Shown piece by piece: positions 12,349 through 22,072 of a stretch of 64,000 nt of DNA. Position numbers and translations under genes: made by a program. The DNA comes from a bacterium (lineage in GTDB: Bacteria; SAR324; XYD2-FULL-50-16), in the NCBI GenBank assembly GCA_032250835.1, contig JAVVEA010000002.1, positions 310,596 to 374,595 of the forward strand, read 5' to 3'. The notes beneath the pieces are model-generated. The model was not told the origin of the DNA and did not search any database. It worked only from the letters and a program-made list of their open reading frames with translations. The stretch's first letter is position 1. Each line of letters starts with the position of its first letter.

Positions 12349-12498
12349 ATGCATCATCTCGACCTATTGGCCTTAGCTGCTTTCTTGATCGCTGCGGTCG
12401 CCTATGGCTCACGTGCTATCGACAAAGGTGGCAAAGTACTTCCCGCGGCTGCGGGCGTGGTTGGCTTGGGTATTATTGGCGCCATCACCATCATGTAA
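12349..12498 (+). CDS. Small two-TM microprotein, paralog 1 (49 aa)
   Basis: GGAGA RBS then MHHLDLLALAAFLIAAVAYGSRAIDKGGKVLPAAAGVVGLGIIGAITIM; clearly homologous to the ORF at 12808. Confidence 0.75.
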   Translation: MHHLDLLALAAFLIAAVAYGSRAIDKGGKVLPAAAGVVGLGIIGAITIM

Positions 12499-12807
12499 AG
12501 TCTTTGTTCCTAGGCTGAGCTGGCGACCGGCCCATGGAGGTCTACCCCTTAGCCAAACCTAGGACCCCGGTGGCCCCTTTCGGGGCCGCTCCCCCTCCCT
12601 GATTCTCGATTTTCCCTAAATCCCTTCCAGCTAGTCCATTAGAACCTTTGTCGAAGTGGCATCCTCCCTTCTAGGGCCACCAAATAGACTTGCGCAGAGG
12701 CTTATTGAATAAGTTTTAAAAAAGTTGCACTGGCACTGCTATTTTTGATAGTATGCAGGTGAATTTCTCCCTATTGAATTCAACCTGTTGCTTTTAAGGA
12801 GGTTCCT

Positions 12808-12960
12808 ATGGGCCATATTGAACTACTCGCACTCGCTGCCGTATTGATCGGACTTACGGCTATTTCTCCCAATATTGTGGATAGGGGTAACAAGATCCTT
12901 CCTGCGGCAGTGGGGGTGGTCTTTTTGAGCATTGCGGGTGCCATTGTGGTGATGCACTAG
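12808..12960 (+). CDS. Small two-TM microprotein, paralog 2 (50 aa)
   Basis: Strong RBS AAGGAGG then MGHIELLALAAVLIGLTAISPNIVDRGNKILPAAVGVVFLSIAGAIVVMH; below the ORF-track length cutoff. Confidence 0.75.
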   Translation: MGHIELLALAAVLIGLTAISPNIVDRGNKILPAAVGVVFLSIAGAIVVMH

Positions 12961-13027
12961 AACCCTGGGCTGACCTGGCCTACCTGCTCGCTAAAGTTAA
13001 GTAGCCAGGCCAGCCAAGGGCCTTTTT

Positions 13028-13056
13028 AAGCCCTTCGAAAGAGGGGCTTTTTTTTT
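13028..13056 (+). terminator. Rho-independent terminator
   Basis: AAGCCCTTC-GAAA-GAGGGGCTT followed by a T-run. Confidence 0.85.
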
Positions 13057-13172
13057 GCCTAGAGGCAGGCAAACAGATCACGGCTAGTTGATTCGCATTT
13101 CGGGGCCAATCTGGCAAGTAAGTCCCGCCAGTGGGACCCGCGTATCGCAACCTTTTCCGCGTTGCGCTTGGT

Positions 13173-13356
13173 GAGACGGAGTTTTGCTGGAGGGGATTTT
13201 ACGGGCCGGATATTGGGTAAGCCCTTGACTCACCTCCCATTCAGACGGTTCCCGGCCCCCTCATCTCAACCACCGTCGGCTCAATTCACTGCGGATTGAT
13301 TGCGGTAAGGGCCGGACCATGGCGGGTGAGGAGGTAATCCCCACCGCCGTTGTCTC
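13173..13356 (+). ncRNA. Candidate structured ncRNA, unassigned (6S-RNA-like size)
   Basis: Nested long-range pairings GAGACGG/TTGTCTC, GGGGATT/AATCCCC, CTCACCTCCCAT/ATGGCGGGTGAG, CCGGCCC/GGGCCGG and TCAATTC/GGATTGA; G-U wobbles favour the + strand; lies between convergent genes. Confidence 0.45.
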
Positions 13357-13401
13357 CTCGTCCGCCCTGGTTGTGGTGGCTTTTTGGGGCGTTCAGAGGG
13401 C

Positions 13402-16230
13402 TTAGCCCCGCTCCAACAGCGGCTTGAGGTACGCCCCGGTGTAGCTCTTTTTGCAGGCGGCGATTTTTTCCGGTGGCCCCTCGACCACCAACTCGCCGCC
13501 CCGGCTGCCGCCTTCGGGCCCTAAGTCTAAAATCCAGTCTGCCCCTTTGATCACGTCCAGGTTGTGCTCGATGATCACCACTGTATTGCCTAGGTCCACC
13601 AAGCGCTGCAAGACCTCCATCAGCTTGCGGATGTCCTCAAAATGCAGGCCCGTGGTGGGCTCGTCTAAGATATAAAGCGTGCTGCCGGTGGCGCGTTTGG
13701 ACAGTTCGGTAGCCAGCTTGATGCGCTGGGCCTCACCGCCCGAGAGGGTGGGGCTTGGCTGGCCCAAGTTGACGTAACTTAAGCCGACGTCCAGTAGGGT
13801 CTGAAGGCCCACGTGGATCTTTGGGTGGTTCACGAAAAATTCGGTCGCATCCTCGACCGACATATCCAAGACCTGGGCGATGTTCTTTCCCTTAAACTTC
13901 ACCTGCAAAGTCTCTTTGTTGTACCGGGTGCCTTTGCAGGTCTCGCAAGGTACGTGCACGTCGGGCAGGAAGTGCATCTCGATGGTCTTGATGCCTTGGC
14001 CTTGGCAGGCTTCGCAGCGTCCGCCCTTGACGTTGAAACTAAAGCGCCCCGGTGTATAGCCGCGCGACTTAGCTTCGGGCACCTGAGAGAAGAGCACGCG
14101 GATCAGGTCGAAGACGCCGGTGTAGGTCGCCGGGTTGGAGCGGCTGGTGCGGCCAATGGGGCTTTGGTCGATGTCGATGATCTTGTCGATCTTCTCGGCC
14201 CCTTGGATCTTCTGTAACTTGCCGGGTTGTACCCGCAGATGGCCCGTCTCTTTGAGCAAACCCTTATAAAGGCATTCGTTGACCAAGCTGGACTTGCCCG
14301 AGCCGGACACGCCGGTCACGCAGATCATCAGCCCCAAGGGGAAGACCGCCTTGACTTTCTTGAGGTTGTTTTCGGCCGCGCCGGTGATGGTGATGGCCTC
14401 GCCCTTTTTGGCTTGGCGGCGTTCTTTGGGTAGCGGGATGCTTAGGGTTCTGTTGAGGTATTGGGCGGTGATGGACTTACCTTCTTTCATCACCTCTGCG
14501 GGCGTGCCTTGGGCCACGATGTTCCCGCCGTTTTTGCCCGCCAAGGGGCCGATGTCGATCAAATGATCGGCCCGGCGGATCACGTCTTCGTCGTGCTCCA
14601 CCACGATCACCGAATTACCCAGGTCGCGCAGGTGGACCAGCGTGTCCAGCAGGCGGTCGTTGTCGCGCTGGTGCAGGCCGATGGTGGGTTCATCCAGTAC
14701 GTAGGTGACCCCCACCAACTTAGCCCCCACCTGGCTAGCCAGCCGGATGCGCTGGGCCTCGCCGCCCGATAGGCTGTTGGTGACCCGGTCGAGGGTTAGG
14801 TAGTCTAAGCCCACGTTGACCAAAAAGCCCAAGCGTTCGACCACCGCCTTTTGGATCGGCTCGGCAATCTGGGTGCGTTCTTTGTCTAGTTTGAGGCTGG
14901 TAAAGTAGGCCAGCGCGTCGGCGATGGTCATCTGGGTCAGGTCCATGATGCTCTGGTCGCTGATGCGTACCGAAAGGATCTCCGGGCGCAGCCGCTTGCC
15001 GCCACAGGTGTGGCAGGGTTGGCTGGTCATGAAGTCATGGATCTTGGTTTTTTGGGCCTCTGAGTCCGTGTTCCAGAAGCGATAGGTTAGGTTAGGGATC
15101 ACCCCTTCCCACTCCAGCCCGTCTTTAGCGCGGGTCGCGCCATGGAGGATCAACTGCTGGGTTTTTTCGGGGATGTCCTTCCAGGGAGTCTTTAGGCCAA
15201 TATCAAACTTGCGGGCCAGATGCCTCGCCCCGGATTTATAAAAGCCGCCCAGGCCAGTGCCGCACTTCTTCCAAGCCGCCAGGGCCCCTTCTTCTAAGCT
15301 GCGGGTCTCGTCGGGCACGATCAACTCGGGGTCCGGCTCCATTAGGGTGCCTAGGCCCAAACAAGAGGGGCAGGAGCCATAGGGGCTGTTAAAAGAAAAG
15401 ACCCTGGGGCTTAATTCCTCTAAGACCGAACCATGGGTGGAGCAGGCGTATTTTTCGCTAAAGGCCACCTCTTCCACTTGGTCATTGTCCTTATTTTCCA
15501 AAAGCGCCACCAACAGGCCGTCGGCTAGCTTCAAGGCCAGTTCCACGGAGTCGGTCAGGCGGGTCCGGGCGGACTCGCGCACCACAATCCGGTCCACCAC
15601 CGCCTCGATGTCATGTTTGAAGGTCTTTTTAAGGGGCTTGAGGGCGTCGATCTCGACCACCTCACCGTCCACCCGCAGGCGGGTGAAGCCTTCGCGGCGG
15701 ACATAGTCGAAGACCTCTTTGTGTTCACCCTTTTTGCCGCGCACCAAAGGGGCCAGCAAATGCAGCCGGGTCCCTTCGGGGTAGCCCAAGAGGGTGTCTA
15801 CAATCATCTGGGCCGACTGGGCACTGATCTCTTCGCCGCAGTGGGGGCAAAAGGGCGTACCGGCGCGGGCGAAGAGGACCCGCAAATAGTCGTAGATTTC
15901 TGTGGTAGTGGCGACGGTAGAACGCGGCGTGGCCTTGCCGGTTCGTTGTTCGATGCTGATCGTTGGGGTCAGTCCTTCAATGGACTCGACCGCCGGTTTT
16001 TGCATCTGGTCTAAAAACTGGCGGGCATAGGCCGAAAGCGACTCGACGTAGCGGCGCTGCCCCTCGGCGTAGATGGTGTCAAAGGCCAGCGAAGATTTGC
16101 CGCTGCCCGAAAGCCCGGTGATCACCACCAGCTGGTGGCGCGGGATGTCTACGTCCACCTTCTTTAGGTTGTGTTCCGACGCGCCGCGTACGCGGATGTA
16201 TTCATGCAGAGACTTGGGCTCGGTTGCCAT
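13402..16230 (-). CDS. uvrA: Excinuclease ABC subunit A
   Basis: Two ABC ATPase cassettes ([27 protein letters not shown] twice) plus zinc fingers. Confidence 0.98.
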   Translation of the reverse strand: MATEPKSLHEYIRVRGASEHNLKKVDVDIPRHQLVVITGLSGSGKSSLAFDTIYAEGQRRYVESLSAYARQFLDQMQKPAVESIEGLTPTISIEQRTGKATPRSTVATTTEIYDYLRVLFARAGTPFCPHCGEEISAQSAQMIVDTLLGYPEGTRLHLLAPLVRGKKGEHKEVFDYVRREGFTRLRVDGEVVEIDALKPLKKTFKHDIEAVVDRIVVRESARTRLTDSVELALKLADGLLVALLENKDNDQVEEVAFSEKYACSTHGSVLEELSPRVFSFNSPYGSCPSCLGLGTLMEPDPELIVPDETRSLEEGALAAWKKCGTGLGGFYKSGARHLARKFDIGLKTPWKDIPEKTQQLILHGATRAKDGLEWEGVIPNLTYRFWNTDSEAQKTKIHDFMTSQPCHTCGGKRLRPEILSVRISDQSIMDLTQMTIADALAYFTSLKLDKERTQIAEPIQKAVVERLGFLVNVGLDYLTLDRVTNSLSGGEAQRIRLASQVGAKLVGVTYVLDEPTIGLHQRDNDRLLDTLVHLRDLGNSVIVVEHDEDVIRRADHLIDIGPLAGKNGGNIVAQGTPAEVMKEGKSITAQYLNRTLSIPLPKERRQAKKGEAITITGAAENNLKKVKAVFPLGLMICVTGVSGSGKSSLVNECLYKGLLKETGHLRVQPGKLQKIQGAEKIDKIIDIDQSPIGRTSRSNPATYTGVFDLIRVLFSQVPEAKSRGYTPGRFSFNVKGGRCEACQGQGIKTIEMHFLPDVHVPCETCKGTRYNKETLQVKFKGKNIAQVLDMSVEDATEFFVNHPKIHVGLQTLLDVGLSYVNLGQPSPTLSGGEAQRIKLATELSKRATGSTLYILDEPTTGLHFEDIRKLMEVLQRLVDLGNTVVIIEHNLDVIKGADWILDLGPEGGSRGGELVVEGPPEKIAACKKSYTGAYLKPLLERG

Positions 16231-16263
16231 GGTCGCAAAAGGGGGGAGTGCCCGCCTGTTCGC

Positions 16264-16356
16264 TTACAGCAGTACCTTCGCCGGCAAAATGGTCACGTAC
16301 ATGAAGGTGAAAGCCGCTACAAACAGGGCGTATAAGAATAAGAGCCGGTAATACAT
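16264..16356 (-). CDS. Putative 30-aa single-TM microprotein upstream of uvrA
   Basis: [30 protein letters not shown] with a purine-rich GAAGGGA upstream. Confidence 0.45.
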   Translation of the reverse strand: MYYRLLFLYALFVAAFTFMYVTILPAKVLL

Positions 16357-16570
16357 GAATTATCCCTTCGTCCTTTTCTGGTCAAGTCTGGCGTCACAAA
16401 AGCTGCTGGGTCGGGCCTTGGCCGTATGTCCGTCCGCTATAGGGCCCGGTACAAGCCCCCAGGCCTAGTCTAGCCCAAGCAAAAAACCGGCCAAATCCTT
16501 TAGGGGGGCCTTTTCCTTGACTTTTGACCGGCCCGTTGGGAAACTAGCCCAAACCTCTTATGGCACCCCT

Positions 16571-17446
16571 ATGCGCCCTATTTTCGAAGAAATGATCTCT
16601 TTCCCCGGTTTGGGGTACTTGAGCCATTTTCCCAACTTGCTTTTTTTGGCCGAAGTCTTGGCTCTGTTGTGGCTGGCCAAACGGGCCTTTGGCTTCTTTT
16701 GTCCCTATGACCTAGAAGAACAATTGGTCCGCCATGACAACAAGGCGGTGACCTTGAACTTCGTCGGCTACTTGGCCGGTGTGGCTTTGATCGTTGAGGG
16801 CGTCTTGGAATCGCCTAGCCCTAGCTTGGCTTGGGGCTTGATCAGCGTGGCGATTTGGGGCCTAGTGGGGATCATGCTCTTGCTGGTTGCCGGGCGGCTT
16901 AATGACCGCTTTATTTTGCGCGGCATCAATGCCCACCAAGCGATGCTCAAGGAGGGGAACCTTGCCGTGGCGGTGGTCGAAGGGGCTAGTTATCTGGGTT
17001 CGGCGGCGCTGATCCGCGCCATCGTGATGGGCGAAAGCCTCGGCTGGGCGATGGACTTAGGCCTGACCCTCTTTTATTTTGTCTTGGGCCAGTTGGCCTT
17101 CTGGCTTTATGCCCTGCTGTACCAGAAACTAACCAGCTACGACGACCTAGCCGAAATTGCCGCCGGCAATGCGGCGGCGGGCCTGACCTTAGGGGCTAAT
17201 CTGGCGGCCATGGGCTTTTTAATGGCCATGCCGTTAAAACAATCTTATTCCCTGCCTTGGTTTGTCGCTTGGTTTGTGCTGGGCAACGCCACCCTGGCAG
17301 CCTTCCGCTGGGCGATGGACCGTTTGGTGATCTCTAGCGAAAAACTGGACCAAGAAATCTACCGCGACAAAAACTGGGGCGTGGCTATTTTGGAAGGGGC
17401 CTTTTCGGTTAGTGCGGTGTTGATCTTACAAAACCTGTTTGGCTAA
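16571..17446 (+). CDS. DUF350-family membrane protein (tandem domains)
   Basis: Repeated 'helix + DN/GN-A-V/A' units (HDNKAV, EGNLAVAV, AGNAAAG, DKNWGVA). Confidence 0.75.
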   Translation: MRPIFEEMISFPGLGYLSHFPNLLFLAEVLALLWLAKRAFGFFCPYDLEEQLVRHDNKAVTLNFVGYLAGVALIVEGVLESPSPSLAWGLISVAIWGLVGIMLLLVAGRLNDRFILRGINAHQAMLKEGNLAVAVVEGASYLGSAALIRAIVMGESLGWAMDLGLTLFYFVLGQLAFWLYALLYQKLTSYDDLAEIAAGNAAAGLTLGANLAAMGFLMAMPLKQSYSLPWFVAWFVLGNATLAAFRWAMDRLVISSEKLDQEIYRDKNWGVAILEGAFSVSAVLILQNLFG

Positions 17447-17447
17447 A

Positions 17448-17981
17448 ATGAGCAAAACCATCTCCTTAGATGCCTTCCGCAAGAAGAAGGAACAAGAAGA
17501 ATCCAAATACCAATCCGAGCCGATCTGGGGCACCTTGGTTTGGCTCTATTGTCCGGCCTGCGATAAGCTAGAATATACCGAAATACGCGCGCCCAACGGA
17601 CGCAGCCACAAATGCGGCACCCAGGTGCAAGAGCGGGAGGTGGAACTGGACCTTCGTGGTGAGTTGACCTTGACCCAAGCCAACCTCTTGCGGATCGATC
17701 ATCTGCTGGCCGAGGCGAGCAAAAATCGGCTTAAAAAACTATTGGCCCGGTCGATGGAAAACACGCTAAAGATGTTAAAGACCAGCGAATTAACCTACGC
17801 TGAGCGTCTGAGCATGGCCGCAGGAGGGTTTTTAGAACCTTACCCTGAGCCTCTTGAAGACATTGCCGAGCGATTGCCCATTGCCGAAACCAACGCCCTG
17901 GGCTTGTTTATTTCTCCCTTCCGGCTCAATCCGGAAGAGCGTTTTGACCTAAAAGGACCCAGCACCCCAGAGCCCCAATGA
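17448..17981 (+). CDS. Hypothetical protein with a putative Zn-ribbon (CPAC...HKC)
   Basis: Operonic ORF overlapping the next gene (ATGA); CxxC plus HxC. Confidence 0.65.
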   Translation: MSKTISLDAFRKKKEQEESKYQSEPIWGTLVWLYCPACDKLEYTEIRAPNGRSHKCGTQVQEREVELDLRGELTLTQANLLRIDHLLAEASKNRLKKLLARSMENTLKMLKTSELTYAERLSMAAGGFLEPYPEPLEDIAERLPIAETNALGLFISPFRLNPEERFDLKGPSTPEPQ

Positions 17982-18676
17982 TTAAAGCCTCGGAAACGGT
18001 CAACGCCGTATCTCATTTGTTTTGTGAAGCCACCAAAGAGGTGGTTGAGGCCGCCACCGGCGAGGAGGTGACCTACTCGGACACCATGCAGATGATCCCC
18101 TCGATCCATCTGCGCCCCGATATTGGCTGCTTCGTGCTCTTCTCGGGCGACTATTCGGGCTTGATGATCATGAATTTTACCGGTGCCGCAGCGCTGGAAA
18201 TCTACAAAAAGAGCATGCTCAAGATGGGCATGCCCGAAGACGAGCTTTCCACCGAATACACGGCTGATGAGGTAGTCAACGGCATCGGCGAGTTGATCAA
18301 CCAAACCATCGGCACCGTGCGCCGCCGGATCGAAGAACAATACCATTTGGTGGCCCACAACACCCAGCCCAAGGCCATCGCCCTCAACTCAGCCATTGTG
18401 CTCAACATCGACTCGCGCGACCCTTCGAGCCAAGAGCTTTGCCGCCGGTTGGCCTTTAAAGTCGCCGGAAAAAGCTTCCATATCGAGTTGTCTTTAGAGC
18501 GCAGCGAGTTCGTCCGCTTCGACGGCGGCAACGCCCACACCTCCGTGGGCCCCAAATCCAACCGAGACATCAACCTAGACGACTACCGCGAACAAGCCGC
18601 CGCCCCTGAAGCCGCCCCCGCCGCACCGGTGGAATTAGATTTCGACGCCCTACAGCGGCAGATGGAAGGGGGGTAG
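17978..18676 (+). CDS. DUF3334 family (CheX/CheC-like) protein
   Basis: LRPDIGCFVLFSGDYSGLMIMNF and GELINQTIG (ExxN) motifs. Confidence 0.75.
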   Translation: MIKASETVNAVSHLFCEATKEVVEAATGEEVTYSDTMQMIPSIHLRPDIGCFVLFSGDYSGLMIMNFTGAAALEIYKKSMLKMGMPEDELSTEYTADEVVNGIGELINQTIGTVRRRIEEQYHLVAHNTQPKAIALNSAIVLNIDSRDPSSQELCRRLAFKVAGKSFHIELSLERSEFVRFDGGNAHTSVGPKSNRDINLDDYREQAAAPEAAPAAPVELDFDALQRQMEGG

Positions 18677-18834
18677 GGGGCTCTTCTCCTCTCGCTGCTA
18701 CAAGGGGGCCAGTTGGTCCCTTTCTCCACCCTTTAGTGGTTGCTCCTCGCTGGTACAGCTTGGGGCCCGGCCTTGTCTAGCCGGGATTTAGCAAGCAAGC
18801 GCCGCTTGAGGGCGCGAGATTCCCCAATAAAGCG

Positions 18835-19300
18835 AAAGACTCTTTCCTTCTGGCAATGGGGAGCACGAAACTACGGGACGAAAAAGAGAGATGGGATTAC
18901 TTTCTTTGGCAGGCAAAGAAAGTAACAAAGAAACCTGCCCCCAGGCGGCTCGCCGCTAAGAGCCCCTACGCCAAGCTACGCTAAAAGCCAAAACTCGCCC
19001 TCGCTACGCTCGAAGCTCGAACAGTTGGCATTTGGCTGGGCAATACTCGCCGGCTCGCATTGCTACCCACGCAGCCCTCGGCCTGCGGCCTCGAAGCTGC
19101 TTAGCGTGGCTACGGGCTCTAAGCGCCTCACCAACGGGGGTATCAATAGCCAAAAAGCTTCAAGCCCTCGGCCTGACAGCCTCGAGGCTACTTAGCGCAG
19201 CTAGGGGCTCTAAGCCGCTCGCAAAAGGGATCCCAAGAGCCGTACACCGCAAGTTGTGGGTTTTACCGCTGCAAAAACAGGTAACTGTCACCGGATTTTA
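18835..19300 (+). repeat. Modular palindromic repeat element, copy A
   Basis: Inverted match to 22073-22477, with perfect blocks 18887-18940 vs 22370-22423 (54 bp) and 19200-19230 vs 22144-22174 (31 bp); also an inverted match to 28141-28650. Confidence 0.9.
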
Positions 19301-19616
19301 AACTGCCACCTGATTTCTATGCTGAAAGTATTCAACTTATCCATATGCCCCACTTCCCGTAAATTAGTTGAAAGAGGAATCTGCGTGCGTAATAATGGCT
19401 TTGCCGCGAGCCGCTTTTTTCGCTGCAATTAGCTCAGGCTGGGGGCCATCGATTTTCCCCATTTTCGGGCTACCGATCTCTTGAGGACTATGCGAACATG
19501 CCAGACAATACAGGATACACGGCTGAGGCTCTAGAATTTGGGAGCAACTGGAATTTAGCAAAGAAGTGTTTCCTAGAAGAGTCTCCAAAATATAACCCTC
19601 TAAAATATTTTTAAAT

Positions 19617-20645
19617 ATGGAACTGATTGAATATATTATCTCATATGAAGAGAATGACAGAACCGTACTATCTGCAGATCAAACCGATGATTTAAGTGAC
19701 TGGATAAGCGATACGCATAAGGCGGCGGGTACAGACACTCGAGAATGTTCTTTTCAGTCGGATACTGTAGAGTCATTTAGCCTCTTTCAAGCGCTTGTTA
19801 AGAAAGAGAAAACAATGGGCGAGGTAGCAGATCGACTAAGCGAGATGCTACTTTCGGCAATGATCGCTTCAAACCCACCTAAATCCATTCCCAAGTGTAG
19901 GTTTACCGTCTGTTTGGATATAAGTAATTCTGCAATTGTCTTGTCGCTAGCCGATTATAATAAAATTATTGATGAAACGCACACAAAGCGCCGTGGCCCA
20001 GCTTATGATAAGAGGTTTAATCGACTTCGTAGTTGTGTAGTGCCAATCCGGATTGGTCAACCAGAGCTACATGTCAATATTACTGGCACTCAGGATTATT
20101 GGATCAAGGACTTTTTGAGTTTGCGGGTAAAACGAACGGATTTCGCCAACTCGGATACCCTCTATCGCGCTGTATCTCAAGTCTATAGTCAAAACCTAAC
20201 TAAGTTTAAAGCAGATAGGTCCTTACTCCTTGCCGAACTTGTGCGGGCTATTCGAGATCATGGTCAAAAAATAAATCCAAGAGATTTACCTGAAAAAATT
20301 AAGACATACCATCCGGTTGATAGTACTCTTGATATAAATGCTCTTTCTGAAAAAGTTCGCAAGGCAATTGATAAAAAAATCAATAAAGGAGAATTGGATG
20401 CGGAATTTAATTCTGATAAAGATGCTGTTAAGGGGAAGCACGCAACTTCCATTCACCATATTAAAAACGGCATTACTTTAACGGTCAATATTGATGATGC
20501 CGATTTAAAATCGTCTGTCTATAGGCTGAAAAACGGAGATCAGGAAGGCATATTTATACCTGTAAATGGGGCAGAAGGAGATACGATTACTTGGGAGAAA
20601 CCGGTAGAGACTATTGATGCAGCTGACGCAACGGACGGGCAATGA
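19617..20645 (+). CDS. Nucleoid-associated protein (YejK/NdpA/NA37-like), putative
   Basis: AT-rich 342-aa ORF; QDYWIKDFLSL...RTDFANSDTL resembles the YW..FL...D..NT segment of this family; recognised by eye only. Confidence 0.55.
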   Translation: MELIEYIISYEENDRTVLSADQTDDLSDWISDTHKAAGTDTRECSFQSDTVESFSLFQALVKKEKTMGEVADRLSEMLLSAMIASNPPKSIPKCRFTVCLDISNSAIVLSLADYNKIIDETHTKRRGPAYDKRFNRLRSCVVPIRIGQPELHVNITGTQDYWIKDFLSLRVKRTDFANSDTLYRAVSQVYSQNLTKFKADRSLLLAELVRAIRDHGQKINPRDLPEKIKTYHPVDSTLDINALSEKVRKAIDKKINKGELDAEFNSDKDAVKGKHATSIHHIKNGITLTVNIDDADLKSSVYRLKNGDQEGIFIPVNGAEGDTITWEKPVETIDAADATDGQ

Positions 20646-22063
20646 GCCTGACCAATTCACTAATTAATTGCTTTGAAGGACGTATTGATGTTTCGGTAAA
20701 GGAAACGTTCTACGAATATTCCATTTCATTTTCGATTGACCTAACTTCGATAGAAGTAAAAGCGGATCAGCTCGTAGAAGTGCTGAAAGGGGTTAAGGAT
20801 CAATGGGAAATCAGTTTTTTTGATTATTCTGCTCAATTTGCCCGAGACACAAACTATCAAGTTGATTTGACTGTGTATCTGAGTGGGTTAAAGGATGATC
20901 AAGTCGATTCAGCGCCGACTAAACTATTGATCAAAAAGGAGTCTGAAAATGGCGAAATTATTTGTTACGATGCGAATGCATTTGTCGACTCCTTAAAAGC
21001 TGACCCGACAATCGTAATAGCTCAGTTCGGTACTCTGAAAAGGAAGTTGAGTACACTTAGGTTGCGATGTTTTGACGGGTCCAACGCACCTGGAACGTCA
21101 TTCCTAAATGCGACTGATAATGCACGCTTTGTTCAGTCAATAGACTGGGGCGTCCTTTTCCAGGATGCTCATTTTGAACAGTACAAGGATTACCCATTTC
21201 AGCCGGGAGACTTTTTCCTACAGCGGGAGACAGGGAGTAAGTCCCTTAATCGCATAATGAATTGGTGGACATTGGCAATGTCGATTTGCCTTACTGCAAA
21301 TACGTCTTCGATAAGTTATGACAAGCAGACTCGCAGGTTTTTACTGAAGGCCGTCTTCCATGGAGTAAAGCCAGTAAATATTGAATTAAGCTCGACGACC
21401 CAAGTCTCCTATAATTTAGCAAATGCCTGGAAAGATTACTCAGACTGGGTATTTGACGGCCCTGGTATATCGGGACGTCTTGGAGTTTTTCGCAACGTTT
21501 ACACAAATAGTGCACAAGATGGGAAGCTAGGCTATTACGACCTGCTAAAGCCAGTAAAACAAGCGTTTTCAGTATATTTGAAAACTAATGCCAAAGACTA
21601 TGTAGAGATTCATAAAAAAATATTGGATAACATTGATCTAATGTCGAAAAACGCTCAATCAGCGGCAGATTCATTTTCAGCCAATTTTCGGACTGGATTT
21701 CTAGTGTCCCTAGGTTACTGCATAATGGCATTTTTCATTAAGTACCAGTCATCTAATAGGCTGTTTTCGCAGGAGTCATTGATTATCGGGACTGTATTGT
21801 GGTTTGTCGGGATTTTGCACCTCTGTTTAATGTGCTATCTGGCGCGGCAGGATCAGAAGCTTTTACGGAAAAATCAAGAAAAAGCAATGAATTCCTTCTC
21901 TGCCTTACTCCAGACTAAGGAGTTTGAAGAATCTTTTAGCGAGCCATTTCATGAAATCAATCACTCGTTAAAAGATAAGCTTGAGGTTTATGGGTTTCTT
22001 TGGGGTATCACACTCATTCTTTTTCTCGTTTTCTTGATCTGGGGATTCAGTTTGGTGTCGTAG
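20642..22063 (+). CDS. Hypothetical protein with a large soluble N-terminal domain and 3 C-terminal TM helices
   Basis: ATGA overlap with the upstream gene; hydrophobic segments GFLVSLGYCIMAFFI, LIIGTVLWFVGILHLCLMCYL and VYGFLWGITLILFLVFLIWGF. Confidence 0.8.
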   Translation: MSLTNSLINCFEGRIDVSVKETFYEYSISFSIDLTSIEVKADQLVEVLKGVKDQWEISFFDYSAQFARDTNYQVDLTVYLSGLKDDQVDSAPTKLLIKKESENGEIICYDANAFVDSLKADPTIVIAQFGTLKRKLSTLRLRCFDGSNAPGTSFLNATDNARFVQSIDWGVLFQDAHFEQYKDYPFQPGDFFLQRETGSKSLNRIMNWWTLAMSICLTANTSSISYDKQTRRFLLKAVFHGVKPVNIELSSTTQVSYNLANAWKDYSDWVFDGPGISGRLGVFRNVYTNSAQDGKLGYYDLLKPVKQAFSVYLKTNAKDYVEIHKKILDNIDLMSKNAQSAADSFSANFRTGFLVSLGYCIMAFFIKYQSSNRLFSQESLIIGTVLWFVGILHLCLMCYLARQDQKLLRKNQEKAMNSFSALLQTKEFEESFSEPFHEINHSLKDKLEVYGFLWGITLILFLVFLIWGFSLVS

Positions 22064-22072
22064 ATGAGGGCT

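Noticed and set aside
12731-12746. Sigma54 promoter (TGGCAC) upstream of microprotein 2
   Set aside because: The -12 TTGC element is missing; a sigma70-like TTGCAC-N18-TAGTAT is more plausible but unproven.
13101-13125. GGGGCCAATCTGG resembling a tmRNA 5' end
   Set aside because: No TTCGA motif, no tRNA-like 3' end with CCA, and no tag-peptide ORF.
18740-19588. Short ORFs in and beside repeat copy A (likewise 22382-22774 and 28079-28426)
   Set aside because: Mostly translations of palindromic repeat DNA; no RBS or recognisable protein features.
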